Shown piece after piece: positions 46,951-59,982 of a DNA stretch of 64,000 bases. The translations under genes and the position numbers were made by a program. Numbering within the stretch: the first letter of the stretch is position 1; each line of letters opens with the position of its first letter. Source of the stretch: the human T2T-CHM13v2.0 reference genome, Homo sapiens; assembly GCF_009914755.1 (NCBI RefSeq), contig NC_060932.1. The stretch is one strand, 5' to 3'. The notes beneath the pieces were generated by a model, which was not told the DNA's origin, did not search any database, and worked only from the letters and a program-made list of their open reading frames with translations.

Positions 46951-47926
46951 GACCATATATGGTACAAATATGAAAAATAAGGTATGTTAGATAGAGTACT
47001 AATTGCTTTTCAGTATTATTCAATTCCTGTGCAATAAACTCTTTGGCCAGGAAATAAATGACAGTCATGTATCTAAAAGCTGTTAGAGTTCAAGTTTTCC
47101 GGGGCTCCAAGAAAAAGAGAAACCATTAGGGGCAACTCAGGCAGAAGGAATAGGGACTAAGACTGGCTGTTTCCTATTTTAAATAATCATTTTCTGCTTA
47201 TATGTCACATGAGAGAAGTATCAAAGTGGTCTTGTTTGTTGGATCAGCTACTTGCTGTGTACTATCTCTTCCACTATATTTTTCTAGACTATTAGGAAAA
47301 ATCCAAAAGCATCCAATTTTTTGAATTGATTTCTCCTGTCAACCCGTTTTGGAATCAGCAGTAGCACAACCAGCACCTCTTTATGTGTCAGAACTGTTCA
47401 TAGTTAATTTTAAATGCAAACACTACAGCTCTGTGTTTAATATAGACTGCTAGGAAATGTGTCTGGCTATGACGATTTGATGAAACAAAACTGAGCATTT
47501 CCTGTCATCTTTGCCGAGATCTTTTTTAAGTGGAGATAGGTCCAATTTGTTAAAGAAGGTGTAAGGAAATAAAATTTCATAAGTTTTAAAACTACATAGG
47601 AGAGAGGAAGCAGGGAGGGAACAGTTGGTTGTCGTTTCAATCATTAAATGCTGCTTTAAAGATTTTGTCATCTTTGGGTAGAAAGTCAGTTCAAGTCTCT
47701 GAACACCGGATTCAGCTTCATTATATCTGAAATGAACATTGTACAGGTCACTTACAAGACCCCTCACTATCAGACTTTCTAAGATAGGGAGACACATTTT
47801 CTCTTTTCTGATGGAGATATATCTTGGATTTGATCCTCTTTATCTCGAACGTAGTTTATTAATAATAAAAATAATATCTTTTGCTTCATCATTATAGTTA
47901 TAGTAAATGGCATTAAGATCAAGTTT

Positions 47927-49110
47927 CCCTTTCTTACACCTTATACAAAAATCAACTCAAGATGGATTAAAGACTGAAACATAAGACCTAAAACCATAAA
48001 AACCCTAGGAGAAAACCTAGGCAATACCGTTCAGGATATAGGCATAGGCAAAGACTTCATGACTAAAACGCCAAAAGCAATGGAAACAAAAGCCAAAATT
48101 GACAAATTGGATCTAATTAAACTAAAGAGCTTCTGCACACCAAAAGAAACTATCATCAGAGTGAACAGGCAACCTATGGAATGGGAGAAAATTTTTGCAT
48201 CTGGCAAAGGGCTAATTTCCAGAATCTACAAAAAACTTAAACAAATTTACAAGAAAAAAACAAATAACCCCATCAAAAAATGGGTGAAGGATATGAACAG
48301 ACATTTCTCAGAAGAAGACATTTATGCAGCCAACAAACATGAAAAAAAGCTCATCATCACTGGTCGTCAGAGAAATGCAAACCAAAACCACAATGAGATA
48401 CCATCTCACGCCAGTTAGAATGGCAATCATTAAAAAGTCAGGAAACAACAGCTGCTGGAGAGGATGTGGAGAAACGTGAATGCTTTTACACTGTTGGTGG
48501 GAGGGTAAATTAGTTCAATCATTGTGGAAGACAGTGTGGCGATTCCTCAAGGATCTAGAACTACAAATACCATTTGACCCAGCAATCCCATTACTGGGTA
48601 TATACCCAAAGGATTATAAATCATGCTACTATAAAGACACATGCACACGTATGTTTATTGCAGCACTGTTCACAATAGCAATGACTTGGAACCAACCCAA
48701 ATGCCCATCAATGATAGGCTGGATAAAGAAAATGTGGCACATATACACCATGGAATACTATGCAGCCATAAAAAATGATGAGTTCATGTCCTTTGCGGGG
48801 ATATGGATGAAGCTGGAAACCATCATTCTCAGCAAACTAACACAGGAACAGAAAACCAAACACCACATGTTCTCCCTCATAAGTGGGAGCTGAACAATGG
48901 GAACACATGGACACAGGGAGGGGAACATCACACACTGGGGCCTGTCGGTGGGTGGGGTGCTAGGGGAGGGATAGCATTAGGAGAAATACCTAATGTAAAT
49001 GATGCGTTGATGGGTACAGCAAACTACCATGGCACCTGTATACCTACGTAACAAACATGCATGTTCTGCACTTGTATCCCAGAACTTAAAGTATAATTAA
49101 AAAAAAAAAG
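47927..49110 (+). mobile_element. L1PA7-like 3' portion
   Basis: ORFs 48059-48418 and 48480-48893 are the ORF2 C-terminus; 3' UTR GGGGTGCTAGGGGAGGGATAGCATTAGGAGAAATACC...CCCAGAACTTAAAGTATAAT; A-tail. Confidence 0.93.
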
Positions 49111-50217
49111 AAGACTAAAACTAGCAAAAATGCATGAACAACGACAACAAAATAATCAATTTAGGTTAGAATAGAGATTGCAGAAAATAAAATGCAGAGA
49201 CTATAACATTTGCTTAATAGTTTTTCATGTTGTGGTTCTAAGAAACTTCAGAATTGTACGTAAAGTGTCAAAACTTATGTATAGTACAGTGTCTGGGAAT
49301 TCTAAATGATTAGTATGCTACTAAGAAACATTTCTTCTCTTGGGGAATTTTCTCATTAAAACAAATGTTTTTTTCACAGTGATATATTTCACATTTGAAA
49401 TAAACTGCACATCCAGAAGTTAGAGAATTACTAATGGGCTTCCGATGCCTTTTCTTACTGCACTCAAAATTCTGTATTCAAGAGGAAATCTTTTAAGAAA
49501 GTAATAGAGTGCTGTTTGTTTTTGAAAGACAAATTATCTTGGTGTGAGTTCCTCTTCTGGAGGTTCCTCCAGAGTTTAATAATTTCTAACTTTTCTAGGT
49601 CAACTTAGAAAATTGAATACACGGGAAATGGTATTGAATTATAGTTTTCATCTTCAACATTTAATAACCTGGGATGAGATTTGCATTTTCGGGTAAAAAT
49701 CAGGACTGTCTTATCTATAAAATTGCTCTTCCACAGTGTTTGCAGCAAGTAAAAGATTTATATAACATTTCAACTGCAAGTTAGAAAAGGTCAACGTGAT
49801 TGAAGTATTATTTAAATTCAGAAATGATTAGAAACAGTAAGTGGCATTGTGTACTGAGTAGGTCAGGTAACTTACAGAGGAAAAGCCCGTGAGGCAACAT
49901 GTAAAAACCATTTGTCTGGAATTAGAGAGCCTGGAATTGCCTATAGGCCTGGATTTTAATAGCCAAGGAACTTTGCACAGTCTGCATGCCTTCTTTAAGT
50001 ACTAGCATCTCATCTTTGAAATAAGCTCATGGAATCATGAAATAGTTCAAGTTTCTTTCTGTATTGATATTTCAACCCCCCCTCTTTTTTTTTGGAGAGT
50101 CATTTTATATTTGACTCAGGAGGAATGGAGAATGATGGAAGATTTTTATTTAAAAATTATTTTAAAATCAGAAAATTATACTATATACTTTAATAGTTTA
50201 ACTATTTATTTAAACTA

Positions 50218-50315
50218 ATATTGCATATCTACTACATCCCAGCCACTGTTCTAGGTGTTAGGGACACAGCAATGAACAGACAACATTCCTTCCTCCGTGC
50301 TCCCTGCATTCTAAA
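50218..50315 (-). mobile_element. L2 3' end fragment
   Basis: CTACTACATCCCAGCCACTGTTCTAGGTGTTAGGGACACAGCAATGAACAGACA. Confidence 0.75.
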
Positions 50316-51837
50316 TGCTCTTAACTGGTGCTTGGAGAGTGAGGAGGACGGCACAGCAAGTTGGTTTCAAGTCGATTTTTCTTTTTTTGGATGAGAAAGC
50401 AATGCAAAATCAGGAAATTAGTGACATAGGGATTAACTTCAGGAAGGGTGTGGTAGGCACTGATATTTTATTTTGGCAGTTGGCCACGAGCTAAACCATT
50501 AAAAATTAAAAATAAGTAATTCCTGTGGCTGCTTCACATTCCAGCTCCTGGATCCCTCTTCTTCCTCTATTCTATGTTCTATCCCAGACCATAGTTTACC
50601 AAATGTTTAAAAGTCTCATGTCACACTGACTCTATGCGTAGACATTATATGCTTTTCTCCTTACATGAAGCACAGTGGAGATGGTGACATGCCTGAATAT
50701 TTTCTGTTGGACAGAAAGGAAAAGAGACCGAGAGGCAGGGTTATAATGATGTCTTAGAACCTCCAGGTATGAACTAACTCAGGTTTAGTCTTAGCGCTAT
50801 GTCTAGTCTAGTCTTAGTGCTATGGTCCTTGTAAACTCAAACTTCCTGACAGCTGCTTTTGACTTTTGGGCAAACTAGAGAGAAAAGCCAAGTGAGAGAC
50901 TAGAATCAAAGCATATCAGTATTGGCAAGAAAATGAGACTTACCTAGATAAATAAACTGTGGACCATACGTGGACTTAATTATCTTGGCTTTGGAAAAAG
51001 AGAATGTTTTATTTGTTGCTTAGCTTCCAGACTCCGCTGGAAGCGGGTGTTTCTTTACTAAGGCTCTTTAGAGTCCTTGTCTCATCCTGGCTGATTTCAA
51101 CAACCTGAGCTTTAAGAACCCTCTTTTCACATTTCTTCCCAACTTATCAATCTCAGAATTGGAAAAGCCTGGGGAGTCTATTAGCTCCAGCCTTCCCAGC
51201 TCAATTCAGGCCCAGCATAATACCCGTGGAGCAAAATATTGGTTTAGATGTGAAGAAAACATCAGTGAAACAAATATTGGCTGAACATGCACAGAAGAGA
51301 CACCTGCCATAGGTAGAAAGAGGGAGTGCCTTGTTTTCTTGTTTTTGTTTACAGTTCAGGAGTTACCACAGCCACTGAGTAGGAAATGTGATTTTAGTTC
51401 CATTGTAAATATAATGCCATATCTCTGCCCCCAAATCCTAGCTCTGATGAACAAGAAAATGTGAGCTGAGCTAGAGGTGTTGATAGAGATTTCCATTTTC
51501 CAGACACTATTTCGTGATACAAATGTCTGCCTTAGCTGTGACTGCCATTACATAGGCAGCCTGCATTGAAATGCTGACTCAATTTCCCTATTTTCTCTTC
51601 CATTAAAAAAGGTCAACTTTTAATTTGGAAATAATATATGTATATAAATATGTACAGTTTGTAAGTGTATAGCTCAATGAGTTATCTGTCATACTGTGAA
51701 TACTTCTATGTACTCTCCACCCGTCAAAAAATAAATCATCATAAGCATCCCTAAGTCTCTCTGTGCCCTCTTCAAATCTCCTCTCCTTCCTTCCCACTAT
51801 CCTGTCTTCTACCACTTTTGTTTTGCCTGGGTTTGAC

Positions 51838-52103
51838 TTTTTTTTTTTTTTTTTTTTTTTTGAGACTGGGAGGATTGCTTGAGCCTCCACTACCCAGGCT
51901 CAAGCAATCCTCCCACTTCAGCCACCCAAGTAGCTGGGATCACAGGTGCACACCATTATGCCCTGCTAATTTTTTACTTTCTTTGTAGAGATGAGGTCTC
52001 ATCATGTCGCCCAGGCTTGTCTCAAACACCTGGGCTCAAGCCATCCTCCTGCCTCGACCTCCCAAAGTGCTGGGATTACAAGTGTGAGCCACCACACCCA
52101 GCC
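51838..52103 (-). mobile_element. AluJ with an internal deletion and fold-back
   Basis: T24 tail; CAGGCTCAAGCAATCCTCCCACTTCAGCC and CCTGGGCTCAAG J-type motifs; about 55 nt of the right arm replaced. Confidence 0.9.
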
Positions 52104-52214
52104 CTAGTTTTGAATTTTATATAAATGGAAACATACCTTATGTACTCTTTTCTTTTTGGTTTTTTTTTTCAACATAATATTTGTGAGATTCATCTATGTT
52201 AGCATGCATGGCAG

Positions 52215-52668
52215 AAGTATGGCAGAGACTGGCATTACTCTCTACCTACATTTTTTCAGGCCACTATTGTAGTGAGTGAGGCCAAATTGTACCTGCCTGG
52301 GGGCTGTCTTTGCCTCACCTCTTGCATCTGAAAGCCAGAAATTTAGAGAAATTAATGACGGTCTAGCAGATCTCAATCAATGACTGACAAAAGTTTGTGT
52401 ATAAATGCCCTAGCTCCCCGACTCCGTGGGTAACATAACTCTGAGGCAAGTATTTGACACTGAGTCTCAGAGTTCCCCAGTGGGATTAAGTTCCACTTAC
52501 TTGTAATGATAACTGTCTTGCTAATGTATGTTTTATTGGCCGGATTCCCTTTCCTGTCTAATTTCTCCACTCCTCTAATAATATTTCCTGGAGTCATCTT
52601 CTATATAAATCAGTTGAACTTGAATTCTTGTCTCTGGGTCTGCTTCTGGGAATTCAATCGAATAACAA
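52215..52668 (+). mobile_element. LTR33-like ERVL solo LTR
   Basis: ATAACTCTGAGG...CAGAGTTCCCCAGTGGGATTAAGTTCCA...TTTATTGGC...GGTCTGCTTCTGGG. Confidence 0.75.
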
Positions 52669-53091
52669 ATAGCTTGATCATTTTCATTGTTCTGTGATAT
52701 GCTGTTACATGACTATACCTTAAATTATTTATATGTTATTATGTCAGTGGACATTTGTGTTGCTTTTGAATGTGGCTATTGTTAATCTTTTGGTAAACAT
52801 GATTGTGAAATTTCTTTGTCAGAGTATACATATATATTCAACTTTAGCAGGTGATAAACTATTTTTCAAAGTGGCTGAAACAATTTAAACTGCCATGAAA
52901 TGTGTATGAGAATTCTAGTTGTTGCATATCTTTGTCAATGTTTCTTGTTGTCTTTTCATTTTAGTCATTCTTCTAGGTATACTCCGGTATTTACTGTGTT
53001 TTAATTTATATTACTTTGAAGATAAATGATATTGAACACATTTTCATATTTTATATTCATATTTATCATTTGGATATTCTCTTTTGTGAAG

Positions 53092-53458
53092 TGTTTTATT
53101 ATGAACTGAATGTTTGCGTCTCCCTAAAGTTCATCTTTTGAAGCCCCAACCCCTAGTGTGACTGAATTTGGAGATTGGGTATGAAGGCAGTTAAGGGTGA
53201 ATGAGGTCCTAAAGGAGGGGCCCTGAAACAATAGGATTAGTGTCCTTACAAGAAGTGTAGAGGGATCTCTTTCTCTGTTATGTAAGGACACAGGGAAGAG
53301 GCCATCTGAAAGCCAGGAAGAAAGCCCTTACGAGAAACCAAATTGGCCAACGCCTTCATCTTGGGCTTCCCAGCCACAGAATTGTGAGGAAATTGATTTC
53401 TGTTGTATAAACCATGTAGTCTGAGGTATTTTCTCATGTCAGCTAGCTGACTAATACA
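53092..53458 (+). mobile_element. MLT1A-like MaLR solo LTR
   Basis: TATGAACTGAATGTTTG...GGATTAGTGTCCTT...CCAGGAAGAAAGCCCT...CTGACTAATACA. Confidence 0.85.
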
Positions 53459-53493
53459 TCTCTCTTAAATCTCTTCTTTTTTTCTTTTTTTAA

Positions 53494-53812
<319 letters not shown>

Positions 53813-54097
53813 TATTTTTTTCTTTTATATCAAGTGATCTGATTTTTTTATTTTTCTTTTGATTTATAGGATTTCCTATACAATCTGGGGAACATTTAAT
53901 TGGTTATAAGTGTTGCAAATATCTTCACCCATCCCACAGTTTGCCTTTTCACACTTTTGTGCTTAATTTCATTTACCAAAATTTAAATAATTTAAATGCA
54001 ATTTATTTATCTTTCATGATTGATTATTCTGGAGCTTATTTGAGAATCTTCTCCCCACTCTAAGGCCACCATGATATTTTTCTAGGTTGCATTGTGT

Positions 54098-54525
54098 TGT
54101 GCTATCCAATATGGTAGTCACTAGTCACAAGGGTTGTTGAATACTTGAAATGTGTTTAATCCAAATTGAGATGCACTATAATTATAAAATATACATTTCA
54201 AAGACAATATGAATAACAAATATAAAATATTTTATTAACATTTTAACATTGACTACGTATAGAAATAACATATTTGATGTGTTAAATATATTATTTAATA
54301 TATTAAATATATTAATATCACAATTATTATATTAACAATAATTATAACATAATCAAGTAATAATTAATTAATATAATAATTTAATTATTAACAAATAAAT
54401 ATATTAAATATATAATCTATGAAATATATTACTAAAATTTAATTCAGTTTCTTTTTATCTTTTTATGCATAGATCTGAGAATTGCATTATGTGGGTTGCA
54501 TCATATTTCTATTAGATAATGATGA
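54098..54525. mobile_element. MER3-like hAT-Charlie fossil with internal AT-rich expansion (about 54285-54430)
   Basis: GTGCTATCCAATATGGTAGTCACTAGTCACA...TTGAAATGTG...CATATTTCTATTAGA. Confidence 0.7.
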
Positions 54526-55304
54526 CTTAGAAACTTTATTTTTACTTTTTCACATTTATATCTACAATCCACCTGGAACTGATTTTAGTGTACGTTATAA
54601 GGTAGGGTTCAAGGTTTATGCTTTTCCCCCCTATATAGATATCTAATTGGCCCAGTAACCTTTATTTAGAATACATCCTTTCCCTACTGAATTGTAGTGG
54701 CACCTTTGTTGTGAATCATATGGCTAAAAGCAAGTATGTCTATTTCTGGGCTCTCTATTATATTTCATTGTCTACTAGTCCATCCTTGCATCAAAACCAC
54801 ACTATTATAATTACTGTAGCTTTTAAACAAGTTTTGATATCTGAGAGAGGAAATCTTTCAGGTTTGTCTTCAGTAAGAGGTTCATAGCTATTTTTGACTC
54901 ATTGTATATCTGTATTTATTTTACAGAAAATTTGAAAGTTTTCACAAAAATTGATGCTGGATTTTGATTGGAATTGCATTAAATATATGAACGTTTTGGG
55001 GTAAATTGATATCTTTATTGAATCTTCTAACATATGGTATAGTCTTCCATTTATTTAGGTCTCTTTAGTTTTTTTTCAGTGATGTGTTATTTTTTGTTTA
55101 GAGGTCTTGCAGATATTAAATTAGGTTTATTCTTAGATACTTGACTTCTTAATGTAATTACAAGCGCTGTCTTTTAAAAATGTGTTTCAATTGTTTACTT
55201 ACTAATTGCAATAACTTATTTGTAGAGATTTTTAGGTTTATTTTTCTGACATTAGTGCACTAGGACCTCAAGTATAACAAATAAATAGAAGTGTTGACAG
55301 TGAG

Positions 55305-58300
55305 CATTTTTATTGATAAAAAATAATTGTGCATATTTATGGGGGCTGTGTGATATTTTGATATATGCATATAACATGTTTTGGTCAAATCAGAGTATTT
55401 AGGATATTCATCACCTGAAACATATATCATTTCTTTGTGTTGAAAATATTTCATATTTTCCTTTCTAGCTATTTTGAAATATAAAATATATTATCATTTT
55501 TAACTATTGACACCCTACTGTGCCACCAAACACTAGAACTTATTCCTTCTATATAATGTATGTTTGTACCCATTAACCAACCTCTCTTCATCTCCACTCC
55601 CCCTTCCTTGCCTCTAGTAATGATCATTCTACTCTTTAGCTCAATGATACCCACTTTTTTAGCTCCCACATATGAGTGTGTTCACGTAATATCTGCTTTT
55701 CTGTGCCTGGCTTATTTCGCTAAACATAATGACCTCCAGTTTCATCCATGTCGCTGCAAATGACAGAATTTCATTCTTTTTATGGCTGAATAGTATCCGA
55801 TTCATCTTTTGATGGACACTTAGGTTGATTGCATATCTAGGCTTTTGTGAATACTGCTGCAATAAACATGAAGGTACAGGTACTTCTCTGATACACTGAT
55901 TTCCTTTTCTTTGGATAAATACCCAGTAGTGGGACTGCTGGATCAGAGGTAGTTCTACTTTTAGGTTTTTGAGAAACCTCCATACTTTTTTTCATAATGG
56001 TTGTACTACTTTATACATCCACCAACAGTGTACAAGGGTTCCCTTTTCTGCACATCCTCATCAACACTTTTTTTTGTCTTTTTGTTAATAGCCATCTTAA
56101 GACATTTGAGATGACATCTCATTGGGATTTTAATTTGCATTTTACTGATGATTAGTGATATTGAGCATTTTTTCATATACCTGTTGGCCATTTGTATGTC
56201 TTCTTTTGAGAAATGTCTATTCAGATCCTTGGCTCACTTTTTAATAAGTTTTTTTTTTCTGTTGAGATGTTTGAGTTGCTTATATATTCTTTATGTTAGT
56301 CTCTTGTCAGATTAATAGTTTGCAAATATTTTCTCCCATTCTACAAATTGTTTCTTTACTATATTGTTTCCTTTGCTGTGCAGAAGCTTTTTAGTTTAAT
56401 ACAGTTTTATTTGCCTATTTTTGTTTTTGTTGCCTGCGCTTTTGAAGTCTTAGCCACAAATTCTTTGCCTATACCGTTGTCCTGAAACATATCTTCTAGA
56501 TTTTCTTCTGGTAGTTTATAATTATAGGTCTTATGTTTAAATCTTCAATCCAATTAATTGGTTTTTGTATATAGTGAGATATAGGGGCCTGGTCTTATTC
56601 TTCTGCATATGGATATTCAATTTTCTCAGCACTAGTTATTGAAGAGGTTTTCCTTTCCCCAATGTATGTTCTTGGCACCTTTGGTAAACATCAGTTAGCT
56701 GTAAATATGTGGATTTATTTCTGGGTTCTCTACTCTGCTCCATTGATCTATGTATCTATTTTATAGCAATATCATGCTGTTTTGACTACGAAAGCTTTGT
56801 AGTAAATTTTGAAGTCAAACAGTACAAAACCTCCAGTTTTTTTCTTTATGCTTAGGATTGCTTTATTTATAGTCTTTTGTAATTTCATATGAATTTCAGA
56901 ATTGCTTTTCCTATTTCTGTGAAGAATGTTGGAATTTTGATAGGGATTGCATTGAATATGTAGATTGCTTTAGGTAGTATGGTCATTTTAACAATATTAA
57001 TTCTTCCAGTTCATGAGCATGAGTGACTTTCCATTCATTTGTCTCCTTTCAATTTCTTTCATCAGTGTTTTGTAGTTTTTGTTGTAGAAGTCTTTTACTT
57101 CTTTGGTTAAACTTATTCCTAGGTAGTATTATTATTTTGTGGCTATTGTAAATGAGACTGCTTTCTTGATCTCTTTCTTACAAAGCTTGTTGTTTCTATA
57201 TAAAAATGTTACTGATTTTTGTATGTGGATCTTCTATCATGCATCTTTTTTGATTTTATTTATTACTTCTAAGAATTTTTTGGTGGAATCTAGGTTTTTC
57301 AATATATAACATTCATATATTGGAGTCTATAGGTTTCCAATATAAAACATCATGTCAGCTGCAAAGAGAAACAATTTGACTTCCTTTTTTCCTGTTTGAA
57401 TGCCTTATTTTTTCCTCTTGCCTGATTACTCTGTCTGGGACTTCCAATACTAAGCTGAATGAGAGTAATAAAAGTGGGCATTCTTGTCTTGTTCCAGTTC
57501 TTAGAGGAAAAAAATCTTTCAGCTTTTCCTCATTCAGTATGATACTAGCTGTGGGTTTGTCATATATGGCATTTATTACATTGAAATATGTTCCTCCTAT
57601 GCCTAATTTGTTGAGAGTTTTATTATGAAGGGAGGTTGAATTTTATCAAATGCCTTTTCTGTGTCTGTTGGGATAATCACATGGTTTTTGTCCTTCATTC
57701 TGTTGATACGATGTATCTCATTAATTGATTTGCATATGTTGGACCATCCTTGCATCCCTGGGATAAACCCCACTTGATCATGGTGTATTATCTTTTTGAC
57801 GTGTTGTTGATTTCAGTTTGCTGGTATTTTTTTTTTGAGAATTTTTACACATATTTACAGGGATTTTGGCCTCTAGTTTCCTTTTTTAGTTGTGTTCCTG
57901 TCTGGTTTTGGTACCAGGATAATGTTGGCCTCACAGAATGAGTTAAGAAGAATTCCTTTATCTTCATTATTTTGGAACAGTACGAGAAAATTGGTTTTAG
58001 TTTTTCTTCACAATTTTGGTAGAATTCAGCAGTAAAGCCATCTGGTCCTGGGCTTTTCTTTGTTAGGAGGCTTTTTGTTACTGATTCAATTTTTTTACTA
58101 ATTATTGGTCTGTTCAGGTTTTCTATCTTGGTAGGTTGTATGCATCCACTAATATACCCATTTTATCTAGGTTTTCTAATTTGTTAGCATATATTTATTC
58201 ATAATTGTCTCAAATGATTCTTTGTGTTTCTGTGGTATCTGTTGCAATGTGTTCTTTTTCACTTCTGGTTTTATTAATTTGAGTCTTCTCTCTTTTTTCC

Positions 58301-59982
58301 TTGGTTAGTTGAGCTAGAGGCTTATTGATTTTGTTTATCTTTTCAAAAACATACTTTTCATCTTGGTCCTTTGTACTTTTTATTCTCTGTTTAGTTTTGC
58401 TCTAATTTTTTATTATTTATTTTCTTCTACTAATTTTGGGTTTGATTTGTTCTTGCTTTCCTAGTTCTAGTTAGTTACATAGGCTTTCTTCATTCTTTTA
58501 CTTTTTTTTTTTTTTATCTTACTGGGTTATGTCAAAAAACCTGTCTTCATGTTCAGAAATCCATTCTTCTGCTTGATCTAGTATATTGTTGAAGCTCTTG
58601 ATTATATATTTTATTTCATTCATTAAATTCAATAGTTCCAAATTGTCTCTTTTTTAAATGATTATTTATCTCTGTTGAATTTCTCACTCAGATCATGAAT
58701 TGTTTTTCTGATTTATTTGTATTGTTTATTTGTGTTCTCTTGTATCTTGTGTTTGTGCATGTTGCACCACCGGTAAGAGTAGTGTTGACAGGTCAATTGT
58801 TGGGTCCTTGAGCAGTGAGTGTGGGCACCAGTGGCAATGGCAGCAGGCTGGGCAGACTGATCTCTAGGCCCTTGGCAGGTGTACACAGGCACTGGCAGCA
58901 GGTGGAGTGACCCTGTCATCATGCCCCTGGACAGTGTGCATGTGCACCAGTAGTGGCAGGGTGGATCAGTCCCCAGGCTCCTGGATAACATTTGTGGGTG
59001 GTGGCAGTGGCAGTGGCAGAAAGGTCAGACCTGTCCTCAGGTTCCTCAATGGGGACACTCCCACCAGTGGCAGTGGCTGAGGGAGATTGGTTCCCAGATC
59101 CTCAGATAGTGTGTTCAGGTGTCAGTGTTGGTGATGACGGGTGGTGACGGCCCTGTCCTCAGTTATGAATATGGCACCCATGTAGGCTCATGCCCAGGTC
59201 CCTTGAAGGTGTGTGCTGGTACATAGTGGCCCTGACTGGAGAGGGTGGGGTTGTTGTCAGTAGCAGCAGCCCTGGGCAGGTGCCTTTCTGGCTCTAGGTA
59301 ATTCACACTTTGGCTCCCTTTTTCCTAGAGGCAGCCTCCCTGGTGCACTCCCTGGGATGTAAAACCCTCATGGGCGAGAGTACTAGGAACCTGGCCGCTC
59401 TGTTGAGTTCAGCTGGTGTAGTGATGCTGCAGCCCTCTGGGTGGATGTGGGGGTATATTAGCAGTGATGTGGAGATGCAGTGGCTCTTGAGCCCCAACAC
59501 AGGATGTAGTTTAGTGGGGGCTGCGTTCTTAAAATGTTGCTGTGTTGTAGCTGCTTGTTCAGAGTGTGTGTGTGGGACTTTGTGTGAACTCCTTCTTTGG
59601 AGCAATGTCACTTTCTCTACTCCAGTAGCTCTGTGTACTAGTCTCAGAGCCTGTGAGGGCTGAGGGCTCTCTCATGCCTAGGATTGCAAGAGTACACTAT
59701 GTGGAGGGGTTGTGGACTGCTGGGGAATCTCTCACTTACCTTTTTCTTGCAACGGGGAGTTCCTTCAGGCTCAGAGCCAATACTGTTGGGCTGGATGCTT
59801 CACTTTCCTCCTCTCATGCCTCAGAGCTCTTCTGTCACTTACCGGTGAATTTTAGTATTCTCTCTTAGAAGGTCTATTTAACACGTTATCTCCTCTCTGT
59901 GTTGGTCTTTTTTTGTTTTGTTTTGTTTTTGTGGAGAAGGGGAATGCCAGGAGCCTCTAGTCAGCCATTTTGAAACTCCCTT
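55305..59982 (-). mobile_element. L1MA4-like element retaining both ends (3' UTR, ORF2, short ORF1 piece, GC-richer 5' UTR) with internal deletions
   Basis: L1MA4-type 3' UTR at 55305; ORF2-antisense to about 58470; 5' UTR 58770-59980 ending GCCATTTTG; AGTGAGCATT at 55299-55308 and 59987-59996 (TSD). Confidence 0.85.

Noticed and set aside
47450-47797. 115-aa minus-strand ORF and other 60-120 aa ORFs outside repeats
   Set aside because: No recognisable domain or exon structure, and lengths are compatible with chance.
49099-49165. Possible short 3' transduction after the L1PA7 tail
   Set aside because: About 45 nt of A-rich sequence follows the tail, but the only TSD candidate (AAGATCAAGTTT vs ATAATCAATTT) is too weak.
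54285-54430. AT-only stretch with many short palindromes
   Set aside because: Low-complexity expansion inside a MER3-like element; no long perfect arm seen.
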